61,204 nt of DNA from Clostridiales bacterium (GTDB taxonomy: Bacteria; Bacillota; Clostridia; Oscillospirales; CAG-272). The notes under the pieces are model-generated. The model made no database searches, had not been told where the DNA came from, and was given only the letters and a program-made list of their open reading frames with translations. Below are positions 49,177-57,642 of the stretch, piece after piece. The translations under genes and the position numbers were made by a program. The stretch is from NCBI GenBank assembly GCA_016282315.1, contig JAEEKG010000031.1, forward strand, positions 1-61,204. The letters are read 5' to 3'. Position 1 is the stretch's first letter, and each line of letters starts with the position of its first letter.

Positions 49177-50088
49177 ATGTACGATATTATAGTTATCGGC
49201 TCAGGGCCCGCAGGTTTAACTGCGGCTCTGTATGCCAGAAGAGCAGGAAAAAGCGTTCTCGTAATCGAAAAAGCTTCTTTTGGGGGACAAGTTAATTATT
49301 CTCCGAAAATTGAAAACTATCCGGGATCAAAACAGATAAGCGGTTCTGAATTTGCCGACAAGTTTGTTGATCAGGTTATGGGACACGGAGCTGAATTTGA
49401 TTTCGGAGAAGTTGTCGATGTTGTTGACAATGGTCAGACCAAAACAGTAAAAACTGATTCTTCTGAATATGAATCAAAAACCGTTATCATAGCAGCCGGT
49501 GTAAAGCACAGACATCTGGGTGTTCCGGGAGAAGAAAAATTCTCGGGCGAAGGAGTCTCCTATTGTGCCATCTGTGACGGTGACTTCTTTGCCGGAAGAG
49601 ATGTAGTTGTAGTTGGTGGAGGAAACAGTGCTTTCCAGGATGCAATATTGCTTTCTGAAAAATGTAAATCCGTGACCATGGTACAGGATCTTCCGTACTT
49701 TACCGGAGAAGCATCTTCACTCGAAGTATTAAAGTCAAGAAGCAATGTAAAGTTCATGACTTCATCCGGGGTTTTAGAATTCAAAGGTGAAGACAAACTG
49801 GAGTCAGTTGTAGTCAAACATAAAGATACTGACACAGTCGAAGAATTAAGAACTGACGGAGCTTTTGTTGCTATAGGTCTTGTGCCTGACAACAAAGCGT
49901 TTGCAAAAGTAGCTGAACTTGATGAAAGAGGATACATTTCCTCAGATGAAAAGTGTATGACTAAGACTCCGGGCGTATATGTTGCCGGAGACTGCAGGAC
50001 CAAGAGCATCAGACAGATTACAACTGCAGTTGCAGATGGATCTGTTGCTGCATTGGCAGCGGTCAATTACATTGACAAAAATCGTTAA
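49177..50088 (+). CDS. trxB: Thioredoxin-disulfide reductase
   Basis: GSGPAG FAD motif, redox CAICDG, GGGNSA NADPH motif; starts 4 nt after nrdD. Confidence 0.9.
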   Translation: MYDIIVIGSGPAGLTAALYARRAGKSVLVIEKASFGGQVNYSPKIENYPGSKQISGSEFADKFVDQVMGHGAEFDFGEVVDVVDNGQTKTVKTDSSEYESKTVIIAAGVKHRHLGVPGEEKFSGEGVSYCAICDGDFFAGRDVVVVGGGNSAFQDAILLSEKCKSVTMVQDLPYFTGEASSLEVLKSRSNVKFMTSSGVLEFKGEDKLESVVVKHKDTDTVEELRTDGAFVAIGLVPDNKAFAKVAELDERGYISSDEKCMTKTPGVYVAGDCRTKSIRQITTAVADGSVAALAAVNYIDKNR

Positions 50089-50102
50089 CTAAATAACAGT
50101 AT

Positions 50103-50141
50103 GGGGACAGCTGTAACAAAAGCAGCTGTCCCCATTTTTTT
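50103..50141. terminator. Terminator between convergent trxB and the HipA-like gene
   Basis: GGGGACAGCTG / CAGCTGTCCCC 11-bp stem followed by ATTTTTTT. Confidence 0.75.
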
Positions 50142-50164
50142 CGGTATAAATAGTGATTTTTGTC

Positions 50165-51322
50165 TTAATTATTCTTTTGCATGGATGCGCATTCTTCAAT
50201 GTTCTTTTTGAGCATGTCTATAACTGCAGTTATTCTAGGAATATTCATAGTTTTTTTGGACATGCTGTATGTGTTATTAGCAAATATTTCAATCGATTCA
50301 AGTCTATCAAAATTGTATTTCGGCATATTGTTCAGCAAAAACAATCTTTCATAAGAAGTCTTTGCAAAAGGTGTTCCACCCCATTTTGTTTTTGGATTTG
50401 CTATGTCTTTTATAGGCAGGTAATAACCGAGAGAGTTACCGCATCCGAAAAGAGGGGCATGTTTTAAATATTTCAACGTATTTGAATCTCTCAAAAGCCC
50501 AAAGTCAGAATAATTTCTGTCATCATTGTTCATAATTCTGTCTATAGTGAACATCTGACTTAAAAAAGAGAATGTGTCCGTTATTCCGAGTTTCTCACAA
50601 CAATTCACATAGTGTTGTAAATCAGAAACATTTTTTTCTTTATTGAACAACCTCATAATAGCAGATGCGGGAATGAATTCTATATCAGTACTTGTGAAAC
50701 AATCGCATTTGCTGAATGGTAAATCTTTGTCCATGTAAACATCGTAATGAACATAATCGAATTCAAGTCTCTTGCAGATTTCAGAGAAAACTGCGTCGTT
50801 CAAAGGTTGTTGTCTGTATGGAGAATTTCCGGTCTTGATCAATGTTATTTGTCCATTGTTATAATTCCAGTATTTTTTTGTGTAACCGGCTGTTGTGTTC
50901 TCGGGAGATCTCAAGTCAAATCCATAGGCATCAAATTTCATCCCGTAAAGAATACTGGACACATCGTTAGAAAACTCATTTTCAAAGAAGTTGACACTTT
51001 TCCACTTCAAATCCACGTCGCTTTTTCTCATCCAGTAACAATCCTGAAGACTTAATGCCATTCCCTTGAGTTTGAGCTGGGATATGTTTTTAAGGCATAT
51101 GCAACTGAGCAGGTAATCTACCCCTGCTTTATCTTTGGGCATTGAACGTTCATTCCACCAGACTTCAAATGATTTTTTTGTGCAAGTCCCATCAATGTTC
51201 ATAGACCCGGGCGGCATCAATTCTTTTGAGTAAACAGTGATAATCTTTTTTAATCCGGATCTTTTTTCATCAAAATCAAATTCTGCTACGGGATCATCTT
51301 TATGCATTAGTGTGTATTTCAT
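50165..51322 (-). CDS. HipA-like (kinase-fold) domain protein with a non-canonical catalytic motif
   Basis: The layout resembles Firmicute HipA-like proteins (...SLQDCYWMR..., NFFENEFS). The loop that is usually N.DRH..NFG reads NDDRNYSDFG. Confidence 0.45.
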   Translation of the reverse strand: MKYTLMHKDDPVAEFDFDEKRSGLKKIITVYSKELMPPGSMNIDGTCTKKSFEVWWNERSMPKDKAGVDYLLSCICLKNISQLKLKGMALSLQDCYWMRKSDVDLKWKSVNFFENEFSNDVSSILYGMKFDAYGFDLRSPENTTAGYTKKYWNYNNGQITLIKTGNSPYRQQPLNDAVFSEICKRLEFDYVHYDVYMDKDLPFSKCDCFTSTDIEFIPASAIMRLFNKEKNVSDLQHYVNCCEKLGITDTFSFLSQMFTIDRIMNNDDRNYSDFGLLRDSNTLKYLKHAPLFGCGNSLGYYLPIKDIANPKTKWGGTPFAKTSYERLFLLNNMPKYNFDRLESIEIFANNTYSMSKKTMNIPRITAVIDMLKKNIEECASMQKNN

Positions 51323-51372
51323 ATTAGCACCTTCTAAAAAAGTGGCAAATAATTGCCACCCTTTTTGAAAAA

Positions 51373-51930
51373 TTAATCTGTGAATCCAAAAATTGAATTT
51401 ATTTTGCGCACTAAGTTTTTAATATTTGCCTCATGGTTTTCATATACTTCTAAAATTGTGTAATCAACATTGCCGCCTGCCGGTAAATATTTTCCATTTT
51501 TGTCAACCTTTATGTAGTGAAGAGAAGTCGACACTTTGCCTGCCTGGATCTTTGTGATGCTGATATCTGCAGTGTACTCAACTGCTTTTCCACCAACAAT
51601 CTTGACATTTACACCATCCGGAGAAATGGAATAACCATCAACCCCCACTTCTCCCGGCATGCTTATAGCAATAAAACCTGTCCAAGACAACCAATTCGGT
51701 CTTGCAATATAATACTGGTATCTTGTGGTGTCAAAACCGGAAGAATAAGAAATTGTATCCTTCCAACTCTCAGTTCCTCTTGACTTAACCATGTCGACAT
51801 ATTTGTTGTATGGGATGTATGATGTGAAAACCCAAATAACGGTTAGAATTACCAACAGTGCAAGAAGAGCTACACAAACTATGATGGCTATTTTTTTTGC
51901 ATTGCTCTTTTTTTCAACCTTTGCTGCCAT
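51373..51930 (-). CDS. Hypothetical N-terminally anchored membrane protein
   Basis: AAGAGGA SD and one TM helix (IAIIVCVALLALLVILTVIWVF). I recognise no motif. Confidence 0.5.
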   Translation of the reverse strand: MAAKVEKKSNAKKIAIIVCVALLALLVILTVIWVFTSYIPYNKYVDMVKSRGTESWKDTISYSSGFDTTRYQYYIARPNWLSWTGFIAISMPGEVGVDGYSISPDGVNVKIVGGKAVEYTADISITKIQAGKVSTSLHYIKVDKNGKYLPAGGNVDYTILEVYENHEANIKNLVRKINSIFGFTD

Positions 51931-52123
51931 TTTGTTGTCCTCTTATCTCTATTTTACGCAATAATGATACAACATTTTCAAAACAAAAACAATAATAGGA
52001 GAGTTGTTTGCTGTTTTTTGCTATTATTTTATGCAAATTACTTTTGGTAATGATATAATTAAGTGATATCAGTAAGAAACAGTGTCAATTGACCGAAAAA
52101 TAAGATAACCGAGGCGAATAACT

Positions 52124-52867
52124 ATGTACAAGTTCGACGTTGAAGATGTAACTAAAAAATGCATTGAATGGATAAGACAATGGTTTGAAGAAAACGGAAA
52201 AGGTTGTAATGCGGTAGTCGGAATATCTGGAGGTAAAGATAGTTCTGTCGTGGCCGCACTCTGTTGCAGAGCATTGGGCAAACAAAGGGTTATTGGAGTT
52301 TTAATGCCTCAGGGCGTTCAGGAAGATATAGATTACGCTTACGGAATATGTGAACACCTAGGAATCAAACACTACGTTATTAACATCAAAGATGCTGTGG
52401 ATGCGGTTAAACTCCAAGTGCTTAAATCTATAGAATTAACTCAACAGGCGTCTCAGAATTTGCCTGCAAGAATCAGAATGTCCTCTTTGTATGCTGTTTC
52501 ACAATGTGTGAACGGAAGAGTTGCAAACACTTGCAACTTGTCAGAGGATTGGGTTGGTTATGCAACAAGATATGGTGACGGAGCAGGAGATTTTTCACCA
52601 ATTTCAAAACTCACCGTCACTGAAGTCAAGGCTATGGGAAGATATTTGGGATTGCCCGAAAAATATGTTGAGAAACCGCCAATTGACGGATTGAGCGGAA
52701 AAACAGATGAAGATAACCTTGGATTTAAATATTCGACTTTAGACAAATACATAAGAGAAGGAATTGAACCCGAGGAACAAGTAAAGAACAGAATAGATTC
52801 TCTTCACAAAGCCAATTTGTTTAAAATCAAATATATGCCTTGTTTCGAATACGGTGTAGACGATTAA
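52124..52867 (+). CDS. nadE: Ammonia-dependent NAD+ synthetase
   Basis: PP-loop VVGISGGKDSS. Confidence 0.9.
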   Translation: MYKFDVEDVTKKCIEWIRQWFEENGKGCNAVVGISGGKDSSVVAALCCRALGKQRVIGVLMPQGVQEDIDYAYGICEHLGIKHYVINIKDAVDAVKLQVLKSIELTQQASQNLPARIRMSSLYAVSQCVNGRVANTCNLSEDWVGYATRYGDGAGDFSPISKLTVTEVKAMGRYLGLPEKYVEKPPIDGLSGKTDEDNLGFKYSTLDKYIREGIEPEEQVKNRIDSLHKANLFKIKYMPCFEYGVDD

Positions 52868-52889
52868 CCAGAAACTGACGGAGGAAAAA

Positions 52890-53522
52890 ATGTTAGTAGA
52901 AACACTCAGCAAAATAGGTATAGTCTCTGTTGTTGTACTTGACAGAGTTGATGATGCTGTTCCGGTTGCAAGAGCTCTGATGAACGGAGGGCTTAAATGT
53001 GCCGAAATCACATTCAGAACAGACGCTGCGCAAGAATCGATCAAAAGAATAACAAAGGAATTTCCGGATATGCTTGTTGGAGCGGGTACTGTTCTGACAA
53101 TAGATCAAGCAGACAGGGCAATAGACGCGGGTGCCAAGTTTATAGTTGCTCCGGGTCTCAATCCCAAAGTAGTAAAGCATGTTCAATCAAGAGGAATAGA
53201 AATGTGTCCGGGAGTTAATACTCCAAGTGAAATAGAGAGCGCTTTGGAACTGGGATTAAACGCTTTGAAATTCTTCCCGGCAGAACCATCCGGAGGGTTA
53301 AAGATGCTAAAAGCACTGGGCTCAGCATATGTTAATGTTAAGTTCATGCCAACAGGAGGCATTAATGCAGACAATGTAAGGGAGTATCTGTCCTATAACA
53401 AAATATTTGCCTGCGGTGGAAGTTGGATGGTAAAAGGCGATTTAATCAAAGAAGGAAAATTCGAAGAAATTGAAAGACTGACAAAAGAAGCAGTTAAAAT
53501 TGTCAAGGAAGTCAGAGGATAA
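52890..53522 (+). CDS. eda: KDPG / 4-hydroxy-2-oxoglutarate aldolase
   Basis: ...VVVLD...A.AL..GGL...EITFRT..., GAGTVL and KFFPAE motifs. Confidence 0.9.
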   Translation: MLVETLSKIGIVSVVVLDRVDDAVPVARALMNGGLKCAEITFRTDAAQESIKRITKEFPDMLVGAGTVLTIDQADRAIDAGAKFIVAPGLNPKVVKHVQSRGIEMCPGVNTPSEIESALELGLNALKFFPAEPSGGLKMLKALGSAYVNVKFMPTGGINADNVREYLSYNKIFACGGSWMVKGDLIKEGKFEEIERLTKEAVKIVKEVRG

Positions 53523-53523
53523 T

Positions 53524-54621
53524 ATGTTACTTAACTTAAAAGACAAAAAAGAGTGTTTGTTTGATGCTGTTTCAATCGGGGAAATAATGTTGAGACTTGA
53601 CCCGGGTGAGGGAAGAATAAGAACAACCAGAAGTTTCAAAGTATGGGAAGGCGGCGGAGAATACAATGTTGTTCGAGGTCTCAGAAAATGCTTTGGAATG
53701 AAAACTTCTGTCATTACTGCATTTGCAGATAATGAAGTAGGTAAATTACTCGAAGATTTGATACTTCAAGGCGGAGTTGATACGTCCCTGATCAAATGGG
53801 TGAAGACCGATGGTATCGGAAGAGTATGCAGAAATGGATTGAATTTTACAGAAAGAGGTTTTGGTGTCAGGGGAGCATTAGGCTGTTCTGACAGAGCTAA
53901 TACCGCCATATCCAAAATGACTGCAGATGACTTTGACTTTGAATATATATTCGGAAAATTGGGCGTAAGATGGCTTCATACAGGAGGAATATACGCGGCT
54001 CTTTCCGAACAATCTTCTGAAACAATCGTTAAAGCAATAAAAACAGCCAAAAAGTATGGAACAATTGTTTCATATGACTTGAATTACAGACCATCGATGT
54101 GGAGTGCTATCGGAGGCATAGAAAAAGCAAGACAGGTAAATAAAGAACTTGCTAAATATGTAGATGTAATGATAGGTAATGAAGAAGACTTCACAGCTTG
54201 TCTTGGCTTTGAAATAAAAGGAAATGACAAGGATTTGAAATCATTGAACGTAGACGGATACAAAGAAATGATCGATGAAGTTGCAAAGGCATATCCGAAT
54301 CTGAAGGTGGTTGCGACAACATTGAGAACAGTTAAAACAGCTACTGTCAATGACTGGAGTGCTCTCTGCTGGGCAGATGGGAAAATATACAAATCAAAAG
54401 ATTACAAAAATCTTGAAATACTCGATAGAGTCGGCGGCGGGGATTCATTTGCGTCAGGCCTGATTTACGGATTAATGACAACAGGTAATCCGGAAACTGC
54501 TGTAAACTACGGAGCAGCCCACGGCGCTCTGGCAATGACTACACCCGGAGATACTTCTATGGCAAACATAAAAGAAGTTGAGTCTCTTATGGGCGGAGCA
54601 GGCGCCAGAGTTAACAGATAG
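53524..54621 (+). CDS. kdgK: 2-dehydro-3-deoxygluconokinase (PfkB family)
   Basis: ATG at 53524; the GEIMLRL N-terminus and the DRVGGGDSF PfkB signature; adjacency to eda. Confidence 0.85.
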   Translation: MLLNLKDKKECLFDAVSIGEIMLRLDPGEGRIRTTRSFKVWEGGGEYNVVRGLRKCFGMKTSVITAFADNEVGKLLEDLILQGGVDTSLIKWVKTDGIGRVCRNGLNFTERGFGVRGALGCSDRANTAISKMTADDFDFEYIFGKLGVRWLHTGGIYAALSEQSSETIVKAIKTAKKYGTIVSYDLNYRPSMWSAIGGIEKARQVNKELAKYVDVMIGNEEDFTACLGFEIKGNDKDLKSLNVDGYKEMIDEVAKAYPNLKVVATTLRTVKTATVNDWSALCWADGKIYKSKDYKNLEILDRVGGGDSFASGLIYGLMTTGNPETAVNYGAAHGALAMTTPGDTSMANIKEVESLMGGAGARVNR

Positions 54622-54624
54622 AAT

Positions 54625-55452
54625 ATGGGAAAGAAAACAATTGATTTAACAAACAGAGTAACTGAACTCGATGTTATAAGAGGTTTGTGCATATTGGGAA
54701 TGGCTGTAGACCATGCTTTTGCAATGGTCGTGTTCATGTTGCCAAGCATTTTTCAAAATAGCACATCAACTTACAACATCTACACGTTTGGCATAGAGTA
54801 TTGGAACAGCACATTCCGCATGATTATTCATATGCTTGGACTAAGCCTGTTTTTGTTACTCACAGGAGTTTGTTGTTCGTTTAGTAGAAGCAATATTAAA
54901 AGAGGAGCAAGATTATTTGCCGTTTCGATAGCATTTACGCTAGTGACTGTTGTTTTCATGAATATCATTGACGAAAAAGACAACATGGTATTCTTCGGAG
55001 TGCTTCATTGTATTGCTGTTTCTCTTTTGATAATAGGCTTACTGGAAAAAATAAAAACGAACAAATGGATCTATCTTGCTATCGGAATTGTCATGGTAGC
55101 AGTAGGCATAATATTTGTTAATGTTGTAAACGAGTTCGGAGACAACACAGTAAGTGTTTCTTCTGAAAGTTTGTGGACCCTTATACCTAAATGTGTTATA
55201 GGACTGGCTTATACCGGGGCGGATTGCGAACCTCTTTTCCCATACGGAGGAATCATATTCATAGGTGTTTTCCTTGGTAAGATGATTTACAAAGACAAGA
55301 AGTCTTTGATTTTTAAGAAATATCACAATAATTTTCTTACTTTTGTCGGAAGACATACTTTGATTTTCTATTTAGTGCATCTACTTGTAATTGTCCCGAT
55401 TTGGGTTGTTGTGTACCTAATCTTGGGAGCAAAACTCACCATTTTCGGATAA
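54625..55452 (+). CDS. DUF1624 (heparan-alpha-glucosaminide N-acetyltransferase-like) membrane protein
   Basis: N-terminal ELDVIRGLCILGMAVDH pattern; polytopic. Confidence 0.6.
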   Translation: MGKKTIDLTNRVTELDVIRGLCILGMAVDHAFAMVVFMLPSIFQNSTSTYNIYTFGIEYWNSTFRMIIHMLGLSLFLLLTGVCCSFSRSNIKRGARLFAVSIAFTLVTVVFMNIIDEKDNMVFFGVLHCIAVSLLIIGLLEKIKTNKWIYLAIGIVMVAVGIIFVNVVNEFGDNTVSVSSESLWTLIPKCVIGLAYTGADCEPLFPYGGIIFIGVFLGKMIYKDKKSLIFKKYHNNFLTFVGRHTLIFYLVHLLVIVPIWVVVYLILGAKLTIFG

Positions 55453-55484
55453 AAAAATGACATCTTGCTTTTGACAAGATGTCA
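55451..55484 (-). terminator. Terminator downstream of tRNA-Arg
   Basis: TGACATCTTG / CAAGATGTCA stem; T7 on the minus strand. Confidence 0.6.
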
Positions 55485-55495
55485 CAATGAATATA

Positions 55496-55571
55496 TGGCG
55501 CGCCCGGAGGGATTCGAACCCACGACCTACCGGTTCGTAGCCGGGCACTCTATCCACTGAGCTACGGGCGC
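55496..55571 (-). tRNA. tRNA-Arg (anticodon ACG), CCA encoded
   Basis: The reverse complement folds as a cloverleaf. The acceptor stem is GCGCCCG/CGGGCGC, the anticodon loop is CU-ACG-AA, the T-loop is TTCGAAT, and the length is 76 nt. There is one U-U mismatch in the T-stem. Confidence 0.9.
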
Positions 55572-55587
55572 TTATTCACAGAGCACT

Positions 55588-55616
55588 ATTCTATCACAAG
55601 AGAGCAGTAGTGTCAA
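55588..55616 (-). promoter_or_regulatory. tRNA-Arg promoter
   Basis: On the minus strand: TTGACA, 17 nt spacer, TAGAAT, about 16 nt before the tRNA 5' end. Confidence 0.55.
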
Positions 55617-55671
55617 CACAAAAAAGCAACAAGATATAAACACAATAATTACACTATTTGTTTTATTTGTA

Positions 55672-55700
55672 TTGAACAAAAAACGCGTATTTGTTAAAAT
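55672..55700 (+). promoter_or_regulatory. Promoter of the RCC1-repeat gene
   Basis: TTGAAC, 17 nt spacer, TAAAAT. Confidence 0.5.
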
Positions 55701-55739
55701 GTGTTTGCAATTGCATTAACTAAGAGGAGAGAGATTCTT

Positions 55740-57170
55740 ATGTTGGATTTGAGTAAAAAAATCAAATGGATTGGTACAGCAGTATGCATGGTTTTATCCG
55801 CTGTTGGCGTAGTTTTTGCTGTAAGATCATTTGGCGCGTCTGATCTTGTCAGTGGAATTGCTTGGTCAGTGATAGCTCTATTTGCTCTTGTATCAATTTA
55901 TGTTGTTTTTGCAGTTGCAAAAATGGCATCTGAGTATTCAGAATACCAAAAGAAATTGCGCATGGTGGTTGAAAAAGCGGCCAGACTTGAAAAAAAGATT
56001 AATAGCATGCAGAGTTCCGGGGTTGATAAGTATTCTCCTGTAAACGGAACAATGACATTTGGACCAACAGAACACTCAGGAGATACTATGGGTGTAACAA
56101 CTGCTATGAGAAAAGCAATTGGTGAAGATTATACTAAGGAAGCACCTCAAAATGGCTCGGTAGTAATAAACGCTCAAACATCCCAGGTAGGTTCAATGAC
56201 CAGCGTATTTTCTACACAAGCAACAAGAGTTAATACTACTTTGAATGACAACGCAAGAAACTCTTTGATAGATGCTTTTAACACTACAAGTACAGACACA
56301 TATCATGTAAATGTTAGAACCAACTCAGCAACGAAATACTTTTCCCGCAAGAACACCACAATTGCTGCAGGTGGTCTTCATACAGTTGCTATATCAAATA
56401 ATGGTAGCGTACAAGCATATGGATTTAATGAGTACGGACAGATAGAAGTATCTGGATGGAGTGATTTAATTCAAATTGCTGCAGGTGCTTATCACACAGT
56501 CGGACTTAAAGAAAATGGAACGGTATTAGCAACTGGTTACAACGGATATGGACAGTGCAATGTCAATGGATGGAGAAACATTTGTTCTATTGCAGCAGGC
56601 TCAGGACACACTGTTGGATTGAAAGCAGATGGAACATGTGTGGCAGTCGGTGATGGCACATACGGACAAACAGATGTAAGTGAATGGACAGATATAATTG
56701 CAATATCAGCTGGAAATAACTACACAGCCGGATTGAAAGCCGATGGCACTGTTGTTGGAGTAGGCGCAAATACTGATGGTAATTGGGGAGCTACAAAGTG
56801 GGGTAGTATAACAGCAATAGCAGCAGGAGGAATACACATTCTTGGTTTGAAAGTTGATGGTACTTGTGCTGCTGTTGGTAATAATTCAAACGGACAGTGT
56901 GAAGTTTCTTCATGGAGAAATGTGATATCAATAGCCGCAGGCAACTATCATTCTGTAGGATTGCTAGCAAGTGGAAAAGTGGTTGCAGCCGGTTATAATG
57001 GCTATAAACAATGTGACGTATCACAATGGAGTGATATAATAGCAATTGCTGCTGGAAGAAATCATACGGTTGGCTTAACAAAATATGGAACACTCGTAGC
57101 CGCAGGCGACAACCAAAAGGGACAATGTTCAGTTCTTGCAAGTCAGAATTTGAGAACAAAAGAACAATAA
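55740..57170 (+). CDS. Membrane-anchored RCC1-like repeat (7-bladed beta-propeller) protein
   Basis: ATG at 55740 follows AGGAGAG. The protein has two TM segments, a coiled-coil, an S/T/N-rich linker and then seven 38-aa repeats of IAAG..HTVGLK.DGTV.A.G.N..GQC.V..W. Confidence 0.8.
   Translation: MLDLSKKIKWIGTAVCMVLSAVGVVFAVRSFGASDLVSGIAWSVIALFALVSIYVVFAVAKMASEYSEYQKKLRMVVEKAARLEKKINSMQSSGVDKYSPVNGTMTFGPTEHSGDTMGVTTAMRKAIGEDYTKEAPQNGSVVINAQTSQVGSMTSVFSTQATRVNTTLNDNARNSLIDAFNTTSTDTYHVNVRTNSATKYFSRKNTTIAAGGLHTVAISNNGSVQAYGFNEYGQIEVSGWSDLIQIAAGAYHTVGLKENGTVLATGYNGYGQCNVNGWRNICSIAAGSGHTVGLKADGTCVAVGDGTYGQTDVSEWTDIIAISAGNNYTAGLKADGTVVGVGANTDGNWGATKWGSITAIAAGGIHILGLKVDGTCAAVGNNSNGQCEVSSWRNVISIAAGNYHSVGLLASGKVVAAGYNGYKQCDVSQWSDIIAIAAGRNHTVGLTKYGTLVAAGDNQKGQCSVLASQNLRTKEQ
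56361..57158 (+). repeat. Seven in-frame 114-nt tandem repeats (RCC1-like blades)
   Basis: Periodicity read from the translated sequence; the DNA copies are diverged. Confidence 0.75.
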
Positions 57171-57204
57171 TACTACGGATTGGTATTGTTTTGAAAAATT
57201 GGTA

Positions 57205-57233
57205 TTGATTTTTTATTTTGAAACAATTATAAT
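57205..57233 (+). promoter_or_regulatory. tRNA-Leu promoter
   Basis: TTGATT, 17 nt spacer, TATAAT, ending 10 nt before the tRNA. Confidence 0.55.
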
Positions 57234-57243
57234 TCAATGGCAT

Positions 57244-57330
57244 GCCGGTGTGTTGGAATGGCAGACGAGGTGGACTCAAAATCCATTGGGCTCAAAACCC
57301 GTGCGGGTTCAAGTCCCGCCACCGGCACCA
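57244..57330 (+). tRNA. tRNA-Leu (anticodon CAA), long variable arm, CCA encoded
   Basis: The acceptor stem is GCCGGTG/CACCGGC, the anticodon loop is CU-CAA-AA, and the variable stem-loop is GGGCTCAAAACCC. Length 87 nt. Confidence 0.92.
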
Positions 57331-57344
57331 TTAATGAACTACAG

Positions 57345-57374
57345 GATTGATACAAAAATTATCAATCTTTTTTT
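57345..57374 (+). terminator. Terminator after tRNA-Leu
   Basis: GATTGATA / TATCAATC stem followed by T7. Confidence 0.65.
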
Positions 57375-57475
57375 CATTATATAGGGCTAATTTGTTTGTT
57401 TTATTATTTAAGTAGTCATAAGTGAAAAAACGATTACTATAACCTTTCGTTTCTTTAACCCATTCATATTTGTAC

Positions 57476-57505
57476 CGCCACTGACAGCAATGTTAGTGGT
57501 TTTTT
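57476..57505 (+). terminator. Orphan terminator-like hairpin
   Basis: GCCACCTGACA-GCAA-TGTTAGTGGT (11 bp, 2 G-U pairs, GNRA loop) followed by T5. I see no gene upstream of it. Confidence 0.45.
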
Positions 57506-57519
57506 ATAGAATTCAATTA

Positions 57520-57545
57520 TCTAAAAATGCGTCCATACGCAAAAA
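57520..57545 (+). repeat. 26-nt direct repeat, copy 1 (operator-like; core TGCGT-CCAT-ACGCA)
   Basis: TCTAAAAATGCGTCCATACGCAAAAA, identical to copy 2; lies 15 nt upstream of a -35 element. Confidence 0.85.
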
Positions 57546-57560
57546 TAGTTGCTAACACTC

Positions 57561-57589
57561 TTGATTTTTTTAAATATAAAAGATAAAAT
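57561..57589 (+). promoter_or_regulatory. Promoter of the AAA ATPase gene
   Basis: TTGATT, 17 nt spacer, TAAAAT, located between the two 26-nt repeats. Confidence 0.5.
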
Positions 57590-57596
57590 ATCAGTG

Positions 57597-57622
57597 TCTA
57601 AAAATGCGTCCATACGCAAAAA
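57597..57622 (+). repeat. 26-nt direct repeat, copy 2
   Basis: TCTAAAAATGCGTCCATACGCAAAAA; starts about 8 nt after the -10 element and ends 20 nt before the ATG. Confidence 0.85.
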
Positions 57623-57642
57623 CAATCATTTGAGGCTTTGAT

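Noticed and set aside
49560-50066. 168-aa minus-strand ORF inside trxB
   Set aside because: It is antisense to a gene with complete TrxB motifs, has S/T/A-rich shadow-frame composition, and lacks an SD.
51931-52123. Possible NAD-related riboswitch upstream of nadE
   Set aside because: It has only an AT-rich 8-bp hairpin and no recognisable nadA or pnuC motif elements.
57199-57384. 61-aa ORF overlapping tRNA-Leu
   Set aside because: The region folds as a canonical 87-nt tRNA-Leu(CAA) with its own promoter and terminator.
57520-57622. Possible CRISPR-like repeat
   Set aside because: There are only two copies, 77 nt apart, bracketing a promoter, and there are no cas genes. An operator-like explanation fits better.
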